DNA from: a virus
DNA: 64,000 bases
IMG/VR virus record: IMGVR_UViG_3300008954_000005
Span: 91,723-155,722 of that record
Strand: one strand, 5' to 3'
The first letter of the stretch is position 1, and every line of letters begins with the position of its first letter. Shown here piece after piece: positions 35,492 to 48,100 of the stretch. The notes under the pieces were generated by a model, which ran no database searches, was not told the origin of the DNA, and worked only from the letters and a program-made list of their open reading frames with translations. The translations under genes and the position numbers were made by a program.

Positions 35492-38400
35492 CTATTCCGT
35501 GCTACCCCAAGGCGAAGTACCCCACGAGGCTCCTCCGAATCCTTCAGTTGAATAGTAATATGCACGTTCTGCAATAACTGTATCGATGTGGACATTACGC
35601 TTTTCCTCGGAAACATCAGACCCCATGTACCAAGGCCTATAATTTCGCACGATGACATCATAATATCCTTCTTCACTCAGTGTTGGAATGTTGAACTCAA
35701 TGATGTGACCATCACTTCTTTGTCCGGGATCGCTCGCATCTGCTGGGTCTGGCTCTCTGCCAAGTACCCACGTCGATAGACCGTCCCGTAAAGGGCCTTT
35801 TGGGACGATATGTCTACCCTCGTGTACACCTGTCTCAAAGCTCCAGTCCGTAACTAAAAATTCATCTTTGGTTACTGAATTACGCATAAATACCCAACTA
35901 CCCCCGATACTGCCATCGTGTGTAGTTTCTGTCGGTAGTTCAACCCTGGTTGGGTCGTCATTGCAGAAATAGAAGCCACAGACACGAAGGTCGTAACCAG
36001 AGGACGCCGGTACAATCATCTTAATCGTTGGGGCAGGGATGTAAAACTCTGTGAACCCGTGCGTAAGGTGCTTTGTTTTACGGGCTTTTACCTTCATCCC
36101 GATATGAACATTCTGCAATGCGGTCGCTTCAGCGGGGGGCTCCCAGCCTGTATGCGCTACAGGATTAGCCGCAGATAGTTTCCCTTGGTCTGCGTACCCC
36201 CAAACTAACAGAGGAAGGACCTCTGAAGCGGGCACAATCCCGGAGCCAACACCATCTACCGTAGTCGGTACAGGAACATTATCCCACCAAGTAAAGTAGC
36301 CGGGGCTAAAGCTTGGTGAGAACTGCTCATTGGAAGAGATGGTTAGGTCGGGTACGTGACACTGCGCCTCAAGGTTGTAGTAGTGCGCTTGTGCCTCGGA
36401 AATTCTTGTCCGAGTATGGTGATCTAAATCTAGTACGCCGTCGTCGTCTTCGTCACCATATGACCAATGAGGATATTCTTTATCCGTAAAAGGAACGACC
36501 GGCACGAACGCAGGAGGGACAGAAGGATCATCTGAAATTCCCCCGCCAGGATTAAAACAAAAACTAGAAGCTTGATAGTCGGCAATGGTCATTCCTCCGA
36601 GAGGGATATATTTTGTGATAATAATGTCTGGGTCGGATACAGGGCCGTACTCAATAAGCTTGTCCTGCTGCCAGATGGTTTCTAGATGGTAGTAACTCTT
36701 TGTTGCATCCTCGTCGGGGCCAAACGTGTCAAACGCTGCAATCCCATCTACAGCCAGTTTTGCTACTGCCCCTGACGTGAGCCCCACAAAAGTGACGTCT
36801 GTCGGGTCAAGCGGATCAGGGGCGACAAGTAGCTCAGCATCAACCAAGCATTGGTAAAGATGGTTGTACCAATCAAGCCTGGACTCGTTCGCATAATTGT
36901 TGGGAAGTAACTCCTCAGACTCGTCTTCTTTAAGGCTCAACGCCTCTTGAGTGAATTCGTACGTAGCCTCAAACCCAAACAATAAATACGTGTGTACGTG
37001 CGCATTCTGTGGGGAGACCACGCCGAACGGAACCTTGGGATGCCCTCCAGAGCCTACATGGTCCACCACGGGCGGGGCAGCATTCCAAATATGTCCCTCC
37101 ACCTCCGCGCCTTGAAACCTAACGGAGAGCTTTTCCCCGAGAACAAATTCAGCATCTTCGTCGCTAGTGATGGTCTTTTCTACAGGAACCCATACCTTGG
37201 ACCGGACCACGTCGAGATCCGAATTCCAAGTGTTGACCATGTCAAGAGTCGTACGCGCCTTGTTCCATGAACCATCCCCAGAGTAATCATCCAAAACGCC
37301 TTCACAGTAACCAGCCTCATACTTCTCAAAGACATCATCCATGTCCCAGTAAGTGACTTCAGGCTTGGGTATATCCTCGATAGTCTTCGCAACACCTGTA
37401 GACACCCCATCCTCGTCCAACACGAAGCGATCATGAATTCCGTCCCCGTTTACGTCGCCCCAAAAGTAGACATCGCAAAGGGCTAAAGCACCTTCACCCT
37501 CCCGATACCACCTAGAAAGGGGGTTTAAAGAAGGAGATTCCCCATCAGCTAATTCGGTGTCTGGGTCCTGATAAAAGTTCCTACCGAGCGGAAGGCCGAA
37601 ACGGTACCCAACGATCTCTATTGTCTGTATATCCCCGTCTGTAATGGCATTATCAAAATCAAGGATAAATGCGCCGCCTTCCGGGGTGACGTACATAAAG
37701 TGCGGGGTGTCTTTTATCCGTAAAGCGAAAATCTGTTGGTGGTTAAAGGTTGTCGTAAACTCGGTGTTGTTACCCACCAAATTCGCAAACATCTCCGAAA
37801 GTACCCAGGAGACCGTCCCCTCAGACGCATCTGTAACTCTATACCCCAGCACGGGTGTTTCTGTTGTGTACTCGTACGGAAGATCATCTTTCATGACCAC
37901 GAAGCACACATCCCAGTGTGAGCTACGCCAAAAGTCTATTGTACGTTCAGAAACGCCAGCCTCCCCTAGCGTTAGGCCTGCCAACGTAGGGTCTTCTGTG
38001 AAAAACCCAGTCGAAGGAGTCCAGGAATTATTCAACTCCTCTTCGGGGGTGCTGTACGTTTCATAGGGCCAGTCCAGCATATCTCCGCGACCAATCCTGC
38101 CTAAAACCTTGTACTCAAACTCGTCAACAAGGGGTGAGTCATCAATAACAGCCACCTTCTCAAGAGTTTTATAGGTGGGCCACAAACTAGCCTGTCGTTC
38201 AGCGGTAACGATTGCCTGTGCAACTGTTTGCTCTGTGTAGGTAGGTAGGCCGGTATCTGCGTCAATAACGGGTGCACCGGTCTCGTCCAATGCTGGAAGG
38301 ATGGTTGTGTACGACAACCCTTCTCCGTCGTATCGAGCCATAAAAGGGGCAGTGTGCGGCGTATCTCGCAGGATAATTGTGGGCATGAGAATGGCTTCTT

Positions 38401-41400
38401 CAAGCACACTCACCTCGTCCACAAAGTTTAATGAGCCAACAAGAATGAAGTTGGTGTACGCAGGCTTGGCCTCATTAAGAAACTGCTGAACCAGCGGAAA
38501 CACAGACGTACTGTGGGTGATTTCCAGAGGGACGTTTACTAAAAAGGTATGATATTTCTCGATAATAGTCGGGGAAATATCCACCTCATGAATAACCCCA
38601 TCGTCGTCTACAAACTGTCGTACGTTCCCGCCGAACTGCTTGTTTATTATGTCCTCATCGGAGATGTAGTCATCAATCTTAACGACGTCTACAAGCTTTA
38701 CGTAAGCGTCTAAAATCGAATCCTCTCTATCTTCTAGCTGCTCGTCTGTAAGCCCCTCAAGATCATCGGTAAACGTAAAGCCCTTAATCGTTCTCCCCGT
38801 CCGTGGGTTTGTCGCTAGCGAGGTCCCAGCAGGGAGCACAAAGACCTGTTGCCGTTCATCCTCGTCTACAAGAATAATTCGCCCCTCAGTCTCAGAAGTC
38901 GCCTCTTGAGCGTACAAAACCCTGCCGGGTTGTTCTGTGTACGGGAGGTTGAATAGAGCTTGTACAGCTAGCTGTAGGTTATCGAAGTGCGGGCCGCTCA
39001 TGAAAGCAAACCACATCGATTTTATTACACTTAAATAATCAAGCGAGGGGTCGTACTCATCAACAAGCTCCTTAGGGAAACCAACGAACAACCCAAAGTT
39101 ATTTTCTACCGTCTGAGAGTTATCGTAGTAGGAAAGTTCCGCCCAAAATCTTTCCGGGCCTGGGTAGTAAGAGCACATTCTAGGCGCGTAAACGCGCAAA
39201 TCAGACACGTTACTCAAATCAGGCGAATTAATAATAAACTCACCGGTATCCTCGTCATACCCAAGAATTTGGTAAACCCCGGCAGGACCGTTCTCTATAA
39301 CTAGACAGGATAACCCCAGCCCCGCTGCTTCTTCAAAATCGAGCACCTTCTTGGTGTCGCAGTACGGGGAAATAAGCGCATGTTGAAGGAAGTTTGGGTC
39401 CAACTTAACCCTGGTCCCATCAGAGATTGAAGCCGTCCCCTCAATCAAATTGTCAAAATAGATCCGGGTGTCTTTGACGTCATAATCCAGAAACTCTCGA
39501 TACACGCCCGCGTTTTTCACCGTGTCTGTGCCGAGGAAGGGGATATTGACTAGGTCCTCAGACGCGTGCGTCCGATTGTGCATAGTTACCTTCCGAAAAA
39601 CCCAGTCCAATTCAGGCAGGTCGGCATGGACCCATACACGCTCATCCCCATTAAGCAACGCAGCCCCATTAAGCGCCACAAGAAGATCGTACCACTCAAC
39701 AAAGATGTCCTGGCCGTCTATCGCGAGGATCGTTAACGTTACATCGATGTCCCCACTGGTATACGGATCGACAACTCGGAGAGTCACGTAATCACCAACT
39801 ACGTAAGTTTCCTTTAACGAACTGGTGTCGGGGAGGGTGATGTAGGAACTCTGGATGACCTTTGTGTATTGGGCGACGCGCAGGTGCTCCCAACTCCTAG
39901 CAACACCATCAACGGCTTCATCTTCTTCCAAATCCAACCGTATGGTGTTCTTCACACCACCCACATCGTACGCGGTCACAGAAACCACAACATCGGACCC
40001 ATCCGTCTTATACAAACGAACCCGGTCTACCTCACTATTGATCTGAACAAAAGGATAAGTGGGGTCGTACAGTACTGAGCTTACAAGGGGCGTGGTCGGC
40101 GTTATGTCCTCCAGGTCTCGAACGAAGTACCCTCCGGTACGGTCATCAATCAGCTTGTACACAGGGAAACTAGCGAGAGAGGTGACAATCTCCCAAGTAG
40201 AATCATCATCCTCTGTGTAGGTAACGCTGGTAATATCGATTACCTCTGGTGGAGAGATGTCGCTGTACAGGAGCGCCTTGCCGGGAACAAGTGGCTGGTA
40301 AATCTCTGCGCTACTAACTGTAGCTAGGGTGTTGTGGGTTCCCTCAATCGGCTCAGTGACCGATAGGTCTAGTAGAATAGACTCGTCGAACTCGCTCAGC
40401 GTGGCTGGCTCATCCGCAGGCCAGTACTCAGAAATTTCGTGCTGTATCCACCTCCGCTGGTACTTTCTGACAGTGTCCTTTAGCGCCTTTGCGTAATCAT
40501 TCTGCCAAAGAGACATCATCTCTGATGAAAGAACCTGCGTAATAGACGACCAAAGCGCGGTTAAATGTTGTTTATCCTTAACCATGTTCCAGAAGTCGGG
40601 GAGGTACTTAAAAATGTACTCCGAATTCGGCCTGTGCCCTAAAAGCTGCTCTGTGAGCGTTACAGAAAAGGCCAGCTTGGTCTTATCGCTGTAGCGAACA
40701 TTGTTATAGACCGTGAGGCTAACAATATATGAGCCAACCACGTCCGGAATAACCAGTGGGGTCGACAACCGAGACCCCGCCCCACCGGAGAAAGAGAACG
40801 TCCCGGCTTGAAGCATCTCCAGCCCAGACGACTCTGGTGCGGTTAAGGATGCCCGAACCTCTCTTGGGTACTGCCTTACGACTATCTTTGCGCCATCTTC
40901 AGAAGACCTATCAACCTCTGAAAGCTCTCCCCCAGAGATAGTTATGTTGAACCCGGCTGCTTTAGAGTTATAGAACCCCTCAACGAGATCAGAACCAGAC
41001 ACATTGACTTCGCCGTCAGAGTCGGCCCCAAGAACTATGTAAAGGGTCTCCGCTTCATGGTCTAAATCCATGGTCAGCAGACTGTTGGGCTCCCCAACTG
41101 TAACAACGGCTTTGTAGGTATTGTACTTTGACGAAGGCTCATCAAAAGTAAGCGTTACCACATCAGTGGTGCTTTCATCCTCCTCTACTCGATACAAAAC
41201 CGTAGAGGCGTACGCCGCCCCCTGCATACGCGCCTTGCTCCCGGTAGGTTTTAGCTCAAACTCCCAATCATAGGTAAGTTGTCGCCCCTCCGAGTCAAAA
41301 CTTCCCAACCCGTCTAGTTGTAGAGCGGAACCGACCACAACCTGTAGATCTCCCGTTGCAACGGCTGTTGGCCTGTCAACCGGAAGAACCTTGGACCCAG

Positions 41401-42169
41401 ACATACGGAAGGAGCCCAAGGCAAAGGATACGTCTTGGCCCTCTGCTTCCACCAAATCAGGCTTGTCGAACAACTGCTGTGCTGCCGACCTACTCGATGC
41501 GTGAAAGATTACCGCATCAGAATATTGGCCCCCCGCAGCCCTGGCCTTCACAGACCACATCAATGAAGCTTCTGTCTGCTCTGGGGAAGCCGTTAGATAG
41601 GCGGAGTCCGAGGACGATGTGTACACATACATCCTGTCATCTTCACCATTCAGGACAGCCCGAAGAAAAACACCATCTCTTACCGTACCGTCATCACTGA
41701 ACAGTAGGTTTTTACTACCAGCTAATATGGAAGGTGCTGGGTCCGTAGGGTGTGTCGCGTACGCAATCCCATCGTATGAAAACAAGAACCCAGCAGAGGA
41801 CCCCTGAACGTTTATCGCCCCCACAAATAAGCGGTTCTCTGTGTCGGTAAAAGACTTAGGTAGCGCGTCATCTGTGAGATAGATGTCGAACTCAATAGTG
41901 AAGTTCTCGGGGATTCCGCCAACAATTTCCGCGCTAGTTACGACCGAGGAAACTTCCTTTACGGCATTAATCCTCTCCGAGGTTAACGCGTTTAGATAAA
42001 CAAAACCCTCTTCGATAAGCACGTTGGGGTACTGGATAAAGGACTCTGCCTCTAGATGATAATCCACATCTGAGAACAGGCGGGAGCCTTCGGTGTACCC
42101 CTCACCACCCGTTTCGGCTCGGAAGGAGTAATCGATCCTATCCCATTTTGTTGAGACCGGTAACGACAT
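35492..42169 (-). CDS. Giant baseplate wedge protein (P2 gpI/T4 gp7-like core) with PKD domain (2225 aa)
   Basis: IFKYLPDFW, GPHFDNLQLAVQALFNLP, FLNEAKPAYT (KPAH-like motif); PKD signature LDGLGSFDSEGRQLTYDW; adjacent to the gpJ-like gene. Confidence 0.7.
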   Translation of the reverse strand: MSLPVSTKWDRIDYSFRAETGGEGYTEGSRLFSDVDYHLEAESFIQYPNVLIEEGFVYLNALTSERINAVKEVSSVVTSAEIVGGIPENFTIEFDIYLTDDALPKSFTDTENRLFVGAINVQGSSAGFLFSYDGIAYATHPTDPAPSILAGSKNLLFSDDGTVRDGVFLRAVLNGEDDRMYVYTSSSDSAYLTASPEQTEASLMWSVKARAAGGQYSDAVIFHASSRSAAQQLFDKPDLVEAEGQDVSFALGSFRMSGSKVLPVDRPTAVATGDLQVVVGSALQLDGLGSFDSEGRQLTYDWEFELKPTGSKARMQGAAYASTVLYRVEEDESTTDVVTLTFDEPSSKYNTYKAVVTVGEPNSLLTMDLDHEAETLYIVLGADSDGEVNVSGSDLVEGFYNSKAAGFNITISGGELSEVDRSSEDGAKIVVRQYPREVRASLTAPESSGLEMLQAGTFSFSGGAGSRLSTPLVIPDVVGSYIVSLTVYNNVRYSDKTKLAFSVTLTEQLLGHRPNSEYIFKYLPDFWNMVKDKQHLTALWSSITQVLSSEMMSLWQNDYAKALKDTVRKYQRRWIQHEISEYWPADEPATLSEFDESILLDLSVTEPIEGTHNTLATVSSAEIYQPLVPGKALLYSDISPPEVIDITSVTYTEDDDSTWEIVTSLASFPVYKLIDDRTGGYFVRDLEDITPTTPLVSSVLYDPTYPFVQINSEVDRVRLYKTDGSDVVVSVTAYDVGGVKNTIRLDLEEDEAVDGVARSWEHLRVAQYTKVIQSSYITLPDTSSLKETYVVGDYVTLRVVDPYTSGDIDVTLTILAIDGQDIFVEWYDLLVALNGAALLNGDERVWVHADLPELDWVFRKVTMHNRTHASEDLVNIPFLGTDTVKNAGVYREFLDYDVKDTRIYFDNLIEGTASISDGTRVKLDPNFLQHALISPYCDTKKVLDFEEAAGLGLSCLVIENGPAGVYQILGYDEDTGEFIINSPDLSNVSDLRVYAPRMCSYYPGPERFWAELSYYDNSQTVENNFGLFVGFPKELVDEYDPSLDYLSVIKSMWFAFMSGPHFDNLQLAVQALFNLPYTEQPGRVLYAQEATSETEGRIILVDEDERQQVFVLPAGTSLATNPRTGRTIKGFTFTDDLEGLTDEQLEDREDSILDAYVKLVDVVKIDDYISDEDIINKQFGGNVRQFVDDDGVIHEVDISPTIIEKYHTFLVNVPLEITHSTSVFPLVQQFLNEAKPAYTNFILVGSLNFVDEVSVLEEAILMPTIILRDTPHTAPFMARYDGEGLSYTTILPALDETGAPVIDADTGLPTYTEQTVAQAIVTAERQASLWPTYKTLEKVAVIDDSPLVDEFEYKVLGRIGRGDMLDWPYETYSTPEEELNNSWTPSTGFFTEDPTLAGLTLGEAGVSERTIDFWRSSHWDVCFVVMKDDLPYEYTTETPVLGYRVTDASEGTVSWVLSEMFANLVGNNTEFTTTFNHQQIFALRIKDTPHFMYVTPEGGAFILDFDNAITDGDIQTIEIVGYRFGLPLGRNFYQDPDTELADGESPSLNPLSRWYREGEGALALCDVYFWGDVNGDGIHDRFVLDEDGVSTGVAKTIEDIPKPEVTYWDMDDVFEKYEAGYCEGVLDDYSGDGSWNKARTTLDMVNTWNSDLDVVRSKVWVPVEKTITSDEDAEFVLGEKLSVRFQGAEVEGHIWNAAPPVVDHVGSGGHPKVPFGVVSPQNAHVHTYLLFGFEATYEFTQEALSLKEDESEELLPNNYANESRLDWYNHLYQCLVDAELLVAPDPLDPTDVTFVGLTSGAVAKLAVDGIAAFDTFGPDEDATKSYYHLETIWQQDKLIEYGPVSDPDIIITKYIPLGGMTIADYQASSFCFNPGGGISDDPSVPPAFVPVVPFTDKEYPHWSYGDEDDDGVLDLDHHTRTRISEAQAHYYNLEAQCHVPDLTISSNEQFSPSFSPGYFTWWDNVPVPTTVDGVGSGIVPASEVLPLLVWGYADQGKLSAANPVAHTGWEPPAEATALQNVHIGMKVKARKTKHLTHGFTEFYIPAPTIKMIVPASSGYDLRVCGFYFCNDDPTRVELPTETTHDGSIGGSWVFMRNSVTKDEFLVTDWSFETGVHEGRHIVPKGPLRDGLSTWVLGREPDPADASDPGQRSDGHIIEFNIPTLSEEGYYDVIVRNYRPWYMGSDVSEEKRNVHIDTVIAERAYYYSTEGFGGASWGTSPWGSTE

Positions 42170-42171
42170 TA

Positions 42172-45100
42172 CTAAACTCCGTTAACCTTAACCAGCGTGA
42201 GGTCTTCCATTATGTGGTACTGGTTTCCCAGAAAGACGATGTCCTTACTACGAGCAACCCTAATCTTCCTATCCGCCCCGTACGTCAAGAAAGACGCCTC
42301 CTGCGGAAACCTCGTGTAAGTCACACCACGCCTTGTCAAAACCGACGATAGATCAAATAGCTCTAAAGGCTTGTTCGGATACAAAGATGACAAAAACTCA
42401 GAGATGTAATCCTTTAGCTCGGTGTTTGTTAACTTCCCACCAGAACAGACGATGGACATCATCGGATACGCCGGAAAAAAGTGACGAGCGAGTGGGTTGT
42501 TACAAACGACCCTCATCGTTTTGTTGAGAAGGTAGTTTTGTACATCATGTACGACCTGTGCTCGGTCGTAATTGATGACTACAGACGACCCAGCCACTTC
42601 GTATACAAACTCAAAAGAGTCATCGGATACATCAAGCACGACCGACGTCACGCGTAGACTGGAGTCCTCGCCCATCGAATACGAGTAGTTATCGTTGCTG
42701 ACTACGATGTCATACCCAAGAGAAGTGTACCCATCCACTGTTAACTGCGTATCGTCTGGAACGATACCGCCAGTGATGTTCGGGTCGTAAGAAGTGAGCC
42801 TAAAAACAGCCGAAAACAAACCAGAATCGTCTGATTCTAATTCGGATGGGAACACACCCTGGTACTTCTCTCGATAAACCTCGATAAACACCTCTTCAAA
42901 GTCCTTGACTCCTGGGCCACCACCTGAGCTTCCCCAGGCTCCACCAGTAACCTCGTTCTGCATGTATTCTTTGATTTTACCGTCCCCGGCATCACCGTAC
43001 GCAGACTCCTTCGTCATCCAGAGTTGGTACTTGGCTGGAACAAGATCGCCCGTGACAAAGTCTGTATAGGGCTCTTCGTACTCAAGCTTAGAAACGGTGA
43101 ACTCCCGAATGAGTCTTGGGTCCGGAGTATTGTCCCGCTGGGTGACGAACCGGATACCGTCCTGTTCTAGAATCCCAATCGTTCCCTGCGTAAGAAGTTT
43201 TAGGTCGTTAGCGGAAGATAGGCGGATTACGTATTGCTCGGGCGTCCCCTCTGGGTCGAACTCGTACACATCCGCCCTCAGCACATCACCTAGTTGTCGG
43301 TTCATATCCGCAACAACGTCATCCAACGTCATTGGGTTTGGTCCACTAAACGTACAAGTACGCATTGACCCGTTGACGTCTACGGCCATGGTCTTTCCAC
43401 CGACCATGAGGCTCTCGTCTTCCTCGTATTCAACGCCCGTTAGGTCCGTATCACCACGAAATACGTCAGACCAGATCACCTTAGAGGAAATCTGGATCTT
43501 ATCTCCGGGCTGAATTCCGTGTTTAAAGAAGTCCACAAGCTCGGATTGGATTACCCGTGTCGTATCATCTGGGTCGGCCAACAAACTGTTGCTGATCGTT
43601 AGGTCTGTGGTGTTGTACAACGACTTAAACACCCCAGCGCTTTCCGCAGGGGAGGGCCGCAAATACGACTTTTTCTGGGTAGCCGGGTTTGTGTACGTGA
43701 ATACAGTGTCTGGTCCCGCCAAAAAGTACGTCTTGTCCCTGAAGTAGACTTTCCCTGTGCCGATAGAGGGGTGGCCTAACGTAAACTCAAGCGCGTCTGT
43801 CGCCCTTGGAAGCTCTTTGTACCGGTCTAGAACCAGCTTATTGTTCTTACCAAGGGCGCGATAGTGGAGAACACGGTGGGTCGCATCCACACCCCAACCA
43901 TTCAAATCATCGGAGTACTCTGGATTGCTCGTGATATCGATGGTTATTAAGGTGAACCCACCAGACACGTCAACGCTCTCAATTAAGAAGGTCCCGTTTT
44001 CGGCGTAATCATCAAGAACAAATAAATCCCCTGCGCCAATTGTCCCACTCCAATCAGCCGCGTCTACTGACCTAACCGTCAAAGCACCAGATACATAAAC
44101 CTCACCTGCGTCTGTCGAGGTTGCGTCCGCTAGGGTAGTGCTCGCATCCAAGTAATCATCTACAGGCCAATGGCCGTCGATAACGCCCTCTACATACCAA
44201 TACCTGTCCTCTTCATCCATGCTGTCGAGACGAAGAACATCATAAAGAGATACGCCGTACTCGGCTAAGTTAATGGTGTTCTCAAGGGTAAAGCACGCCC
44301 GCTTAACCAACTCTGTTTCAGTTTCTGGGTCGGTATCAAGTTCCCCATCCAGATTAAGATCAACAGCCTCTAGAGATAGCTGCCCACCGTCTACACCAAA
44401 GGTAGCTTGGGTCATCGGGTCGTCATTGAGCCCAGTGAAATCACTGGAAACAACATCAACCGGGTGCCGATACGGCACGGATACACCGGAGTTATCTGAG
44501 TCGGAGAGCGACACGGACTTAACTCGAACAAGCGGGTACTGCACTGCGGTCGCTTGCTTTGTGTAAATCCGGTAAGACGCTCCTGTATCTGACTCTTGGA
44601 TTGCCTTCTCAAGAATCAAGGTGTTCAGGTTAATCGCCGTAATCTTGTACTCACCCCTATTCTTCTCGGAGTCGATGTACAAAAACATCTCTACCGAGCC
44701 AGGAACCGCAGCAAAATCGTACCCAGATGGGCTATACGCCGACTGAGAGTTCTCAGTAACGATGAGATCCGTACCCTTTTTCAGTACGATCAGTGGTGTT
44801 GCAAGGTTCGTAGAACACTCAGCGACAACGCGAAAGCGTAGGTGTTCAAAGCCAAGACCGAGGCTTTCGGGGAACGCACCATCGATCTTAACCCCACCAG
44901 CGACAGAGTGAACAATTCTGAAGTGTGTAGGCTGTAGTTCTGCCGAAGGTGGATCAAGGAGTTCAAGAACTAGGTTGTCCAATGGCCTTGGAGATGACCC
45001 AAATTGGTTCGCCAATGCGGCTTCTAGCTCTGCGCTATAGAAATGCGATAGCTGTACAGACGGGTTTACAACACCGTCGCTAGCAGCGACCAAAATCTGT

Positions 45101-48100
45101 CCCCCCTCTTCAAAGAGAGTTGACGGGTCCTCGGGCTGCATGAACACAGGGGCCGTAGTGGTATCTGTCGATGTGCTTGGCTTCAGGTATACATCGGTCA
45201 TTCCGCCGATATGGACTTCATTATTAGCTACTAATAGACCGCCACCAAAGAACCCCGGAAACGGAGTAGATCCAGGAATACCAGACACATTGATAAGCGC
45301 ATCATCTCCAGTTGTTGGGTGCGCGTTGTATAGCTGGACCACTTGGTTCTCTAGCAAATCATTTGCGTCATCACACCAATCTGGTGCAGCAGCAGGGGAA
45401 GAGAAGTGGGTGTCGTAGTCCTTACCCATAGGATGGGGAATGAGGAACCCCCCGTGGCCCTGTAGGTTTGCTAAAGAATTCGTAGCCAAGTCGACGTCTG
45501 GTGTGTCCTCATCGACATCGGACAACCGTGTTGACCCACCAACTAGCGGTAAACTTAGCGGCTGGACAAGTGACGTTTCGTCCGAGTCAGACGGCGTGAT
45601 ATCTACGGTCTTCTCATACAGATACCGCTTGGCCGTATAATTAGTCCTCCGTAACTCTTCATCACCGTCACCAACCGTACCCACCAAATTAGCAACCGAT
45701 GCACTAAGGCACGCCTCTGCGGGTGTTCCCCCGATGCTGGCGTGGTCTAGGTTGAACGGCTTGTTCAGACGAATCCATACTGCCTTAAAATCGTTGCCTG
45801 AGAACGGGGTAAGTGTCCCAATCGGCCTGTTCGCATATGCGTATACGTTTGCACCGCCGCTAAAATCGCTTATCTCTCCTTCCCAAACCCCGCTGGAAGG
45901 ACTGCCTCCTAAACTTAGCTCGCTCATATCACCAAAGTACTGGGCATTTACGGGAGCGTGGATTGGGGCATAAGTGGTCCCCAGGTCTACAGAGGGGTTC
46001 TTAGCCGCTGGTAGGAACTGAAACTCGTCCCACGAGGGCAGAACAACCCCGTCAGGGGACAGCATCTCTGTCATGCCTCGATAGACTGTCCAGAAGAGCC
46101 TATAGGGACTAAATACATAGGTGTACGCGGCATAGAACTTGATGGTACTCCCCGCATGCTCACCGCTGTAAAGGGGCTTTAGGTCACCAATTTCAAGGTC
46201 TTCGGACCCTCCGCCAGTAATGTCCCAACCATCAAGCACGATGCCTGGGTCGGAACCATCGTCCCCTGTAGAGAGGAACGTCAGGCGGCATTGGCCTGTG
46301 GCGTAGTTGATCTCGTTTGTCCCGGTCGTGTCTAGGAACTTACCGGTAAGGTCGTAGACACCTGCAAGAGCACCAGCATTCGTCCAATAAGAGGACTCAA
46401 CCAAATTACCGGAACCGTCGTCCTCGATAACCAATCGAACCCTATGTGGAACAGTCGCGGCGCTGGTCGGGTCAACGTAGTCAGAGTCTCTGTTGGGAAG
46501 GATCATCTCAACAAGGATTCGAACAGTTGGCGACTCCCCCACAAGGAGTGGATATGCAACAGGGGTATTTGCAAGACTGAAAGTGATTACGCTTGTTTCC
46601 GCGTCAATCTGTCCGTCTAGCGCTGTTGCGTCCGAGGCGACCATTGTCACCGCTAACTCATAAGGAGACTCCTCTCCATATACGTCCTCATCATCTAAGA
46701 AAGGGAGGTACGGAGCGGGGACAGAAACGTTGTCGACGTTGTCGGGGTCGGGGTCAACCTGATCGACTCCATCATTATCAAAGGTTGCGTCTGCGTCGTT
46801 TATGTCTAATTCCTCCTTACCAACAACCTGTTTACGTGGCCCAAAACCACCGGAGAACCCACCATTGATGTTCCCGTAGTCGGCGGTATCGGTGTAAGAG
46901 GTGTAACTCCCGTTCCAGAGGGACAGCGAGACGAAACCTTCTTCTTCATCCGAAGGCCCGGTGGATCCCATTGTTTGGGATACCCAAACGTGCCCACCAT
47001 TCCCCTTACCACCAAGATGCGCGGACTTAACAATGAAGCCACACGGGTCTGTCAGATAGGAAGAGTCCGAAGTGAGAGGGACTGGTCTATTTAGTTCTGC
47101 TTCAAAGTACGTATCATGAGGTGCAACGTTTATTTGCGCGATAATATGCTCACACATAGCCGTAGGCGAGGGGGAACCAGCATCAATTAAATCTTGTGCC
47201 GCCACCTTGGAATCGCTGCTGTCGTCTACGCAAGAATACTGGTCATTATGATCAGATGTACTAAAAAAGATGATATCTACAAAGGCATGATCCTTCATAG
47301 CACCGGTGGAGTCAGCGAAGGCTGCGTAAAAGATAGACCTAAGGTCCATTGGTACTGCATCGCTGGCGACGGTGGCGGTGGAGATCAAGTCGGCCAATAC
47401 GTTGGTGTCGTCCTCGTTGAACTCTAAAGTGACGATGTGCTGCCCGTCAGCACCAGCCAGATGACCCGATAATTGAACACGTGCTTGGTCCAAAAGGGAC
47501 ACTACGTCGTCTACCGTAATCGCGGTAACCCCGTCACCTGCTCGCGTGCCTAAGACTATAAACTCATCAGTGTCGTCTTGGTTTACGTAGCCATACTTAC
47601 GTTCCCGATGATCCTCAACAATGATGGCAATACCAATATCCTCCCCAGCACCGGGAATAGCGCCAAAAGGAAGTTGGACTTCAAGCTGTGCCGCGATGTG
47701 GTCCGCGTCTAGGGTGATTCCGAAGGTTTTGCCTTGAGCCCCCTCAGAAGAAATTTGGCTTGTAAGATCCAGCGCGATGTCCGCTTCAGCAGCGTCATGC
47801 ACACCATTGAGAACAGACCGCAATGAAACCTTCGCCCCAACGTCCCAGGGGCTGGCATCATAGCCCCAGTGAGAAAAGGGCTGCTCAATAGTAACTTCGG
47901 CCTCAGCCTGAGGAGAGAAGCTATTGATATGGTATTCCTGAAGGTTGGACCAATCCATCCCCTCGACACGGAGTCTCCAAGGGTCACCGTAACCAACAGC
48001 CTTTACTCGACCCCACGCCTGCCACTGGAGCAAGTCTCCCGCGTCTTCTAGTTCGCCTAAGTAGTCAAAAAAGCTGTTTGGGTCACCAGCTAACGCGTAT

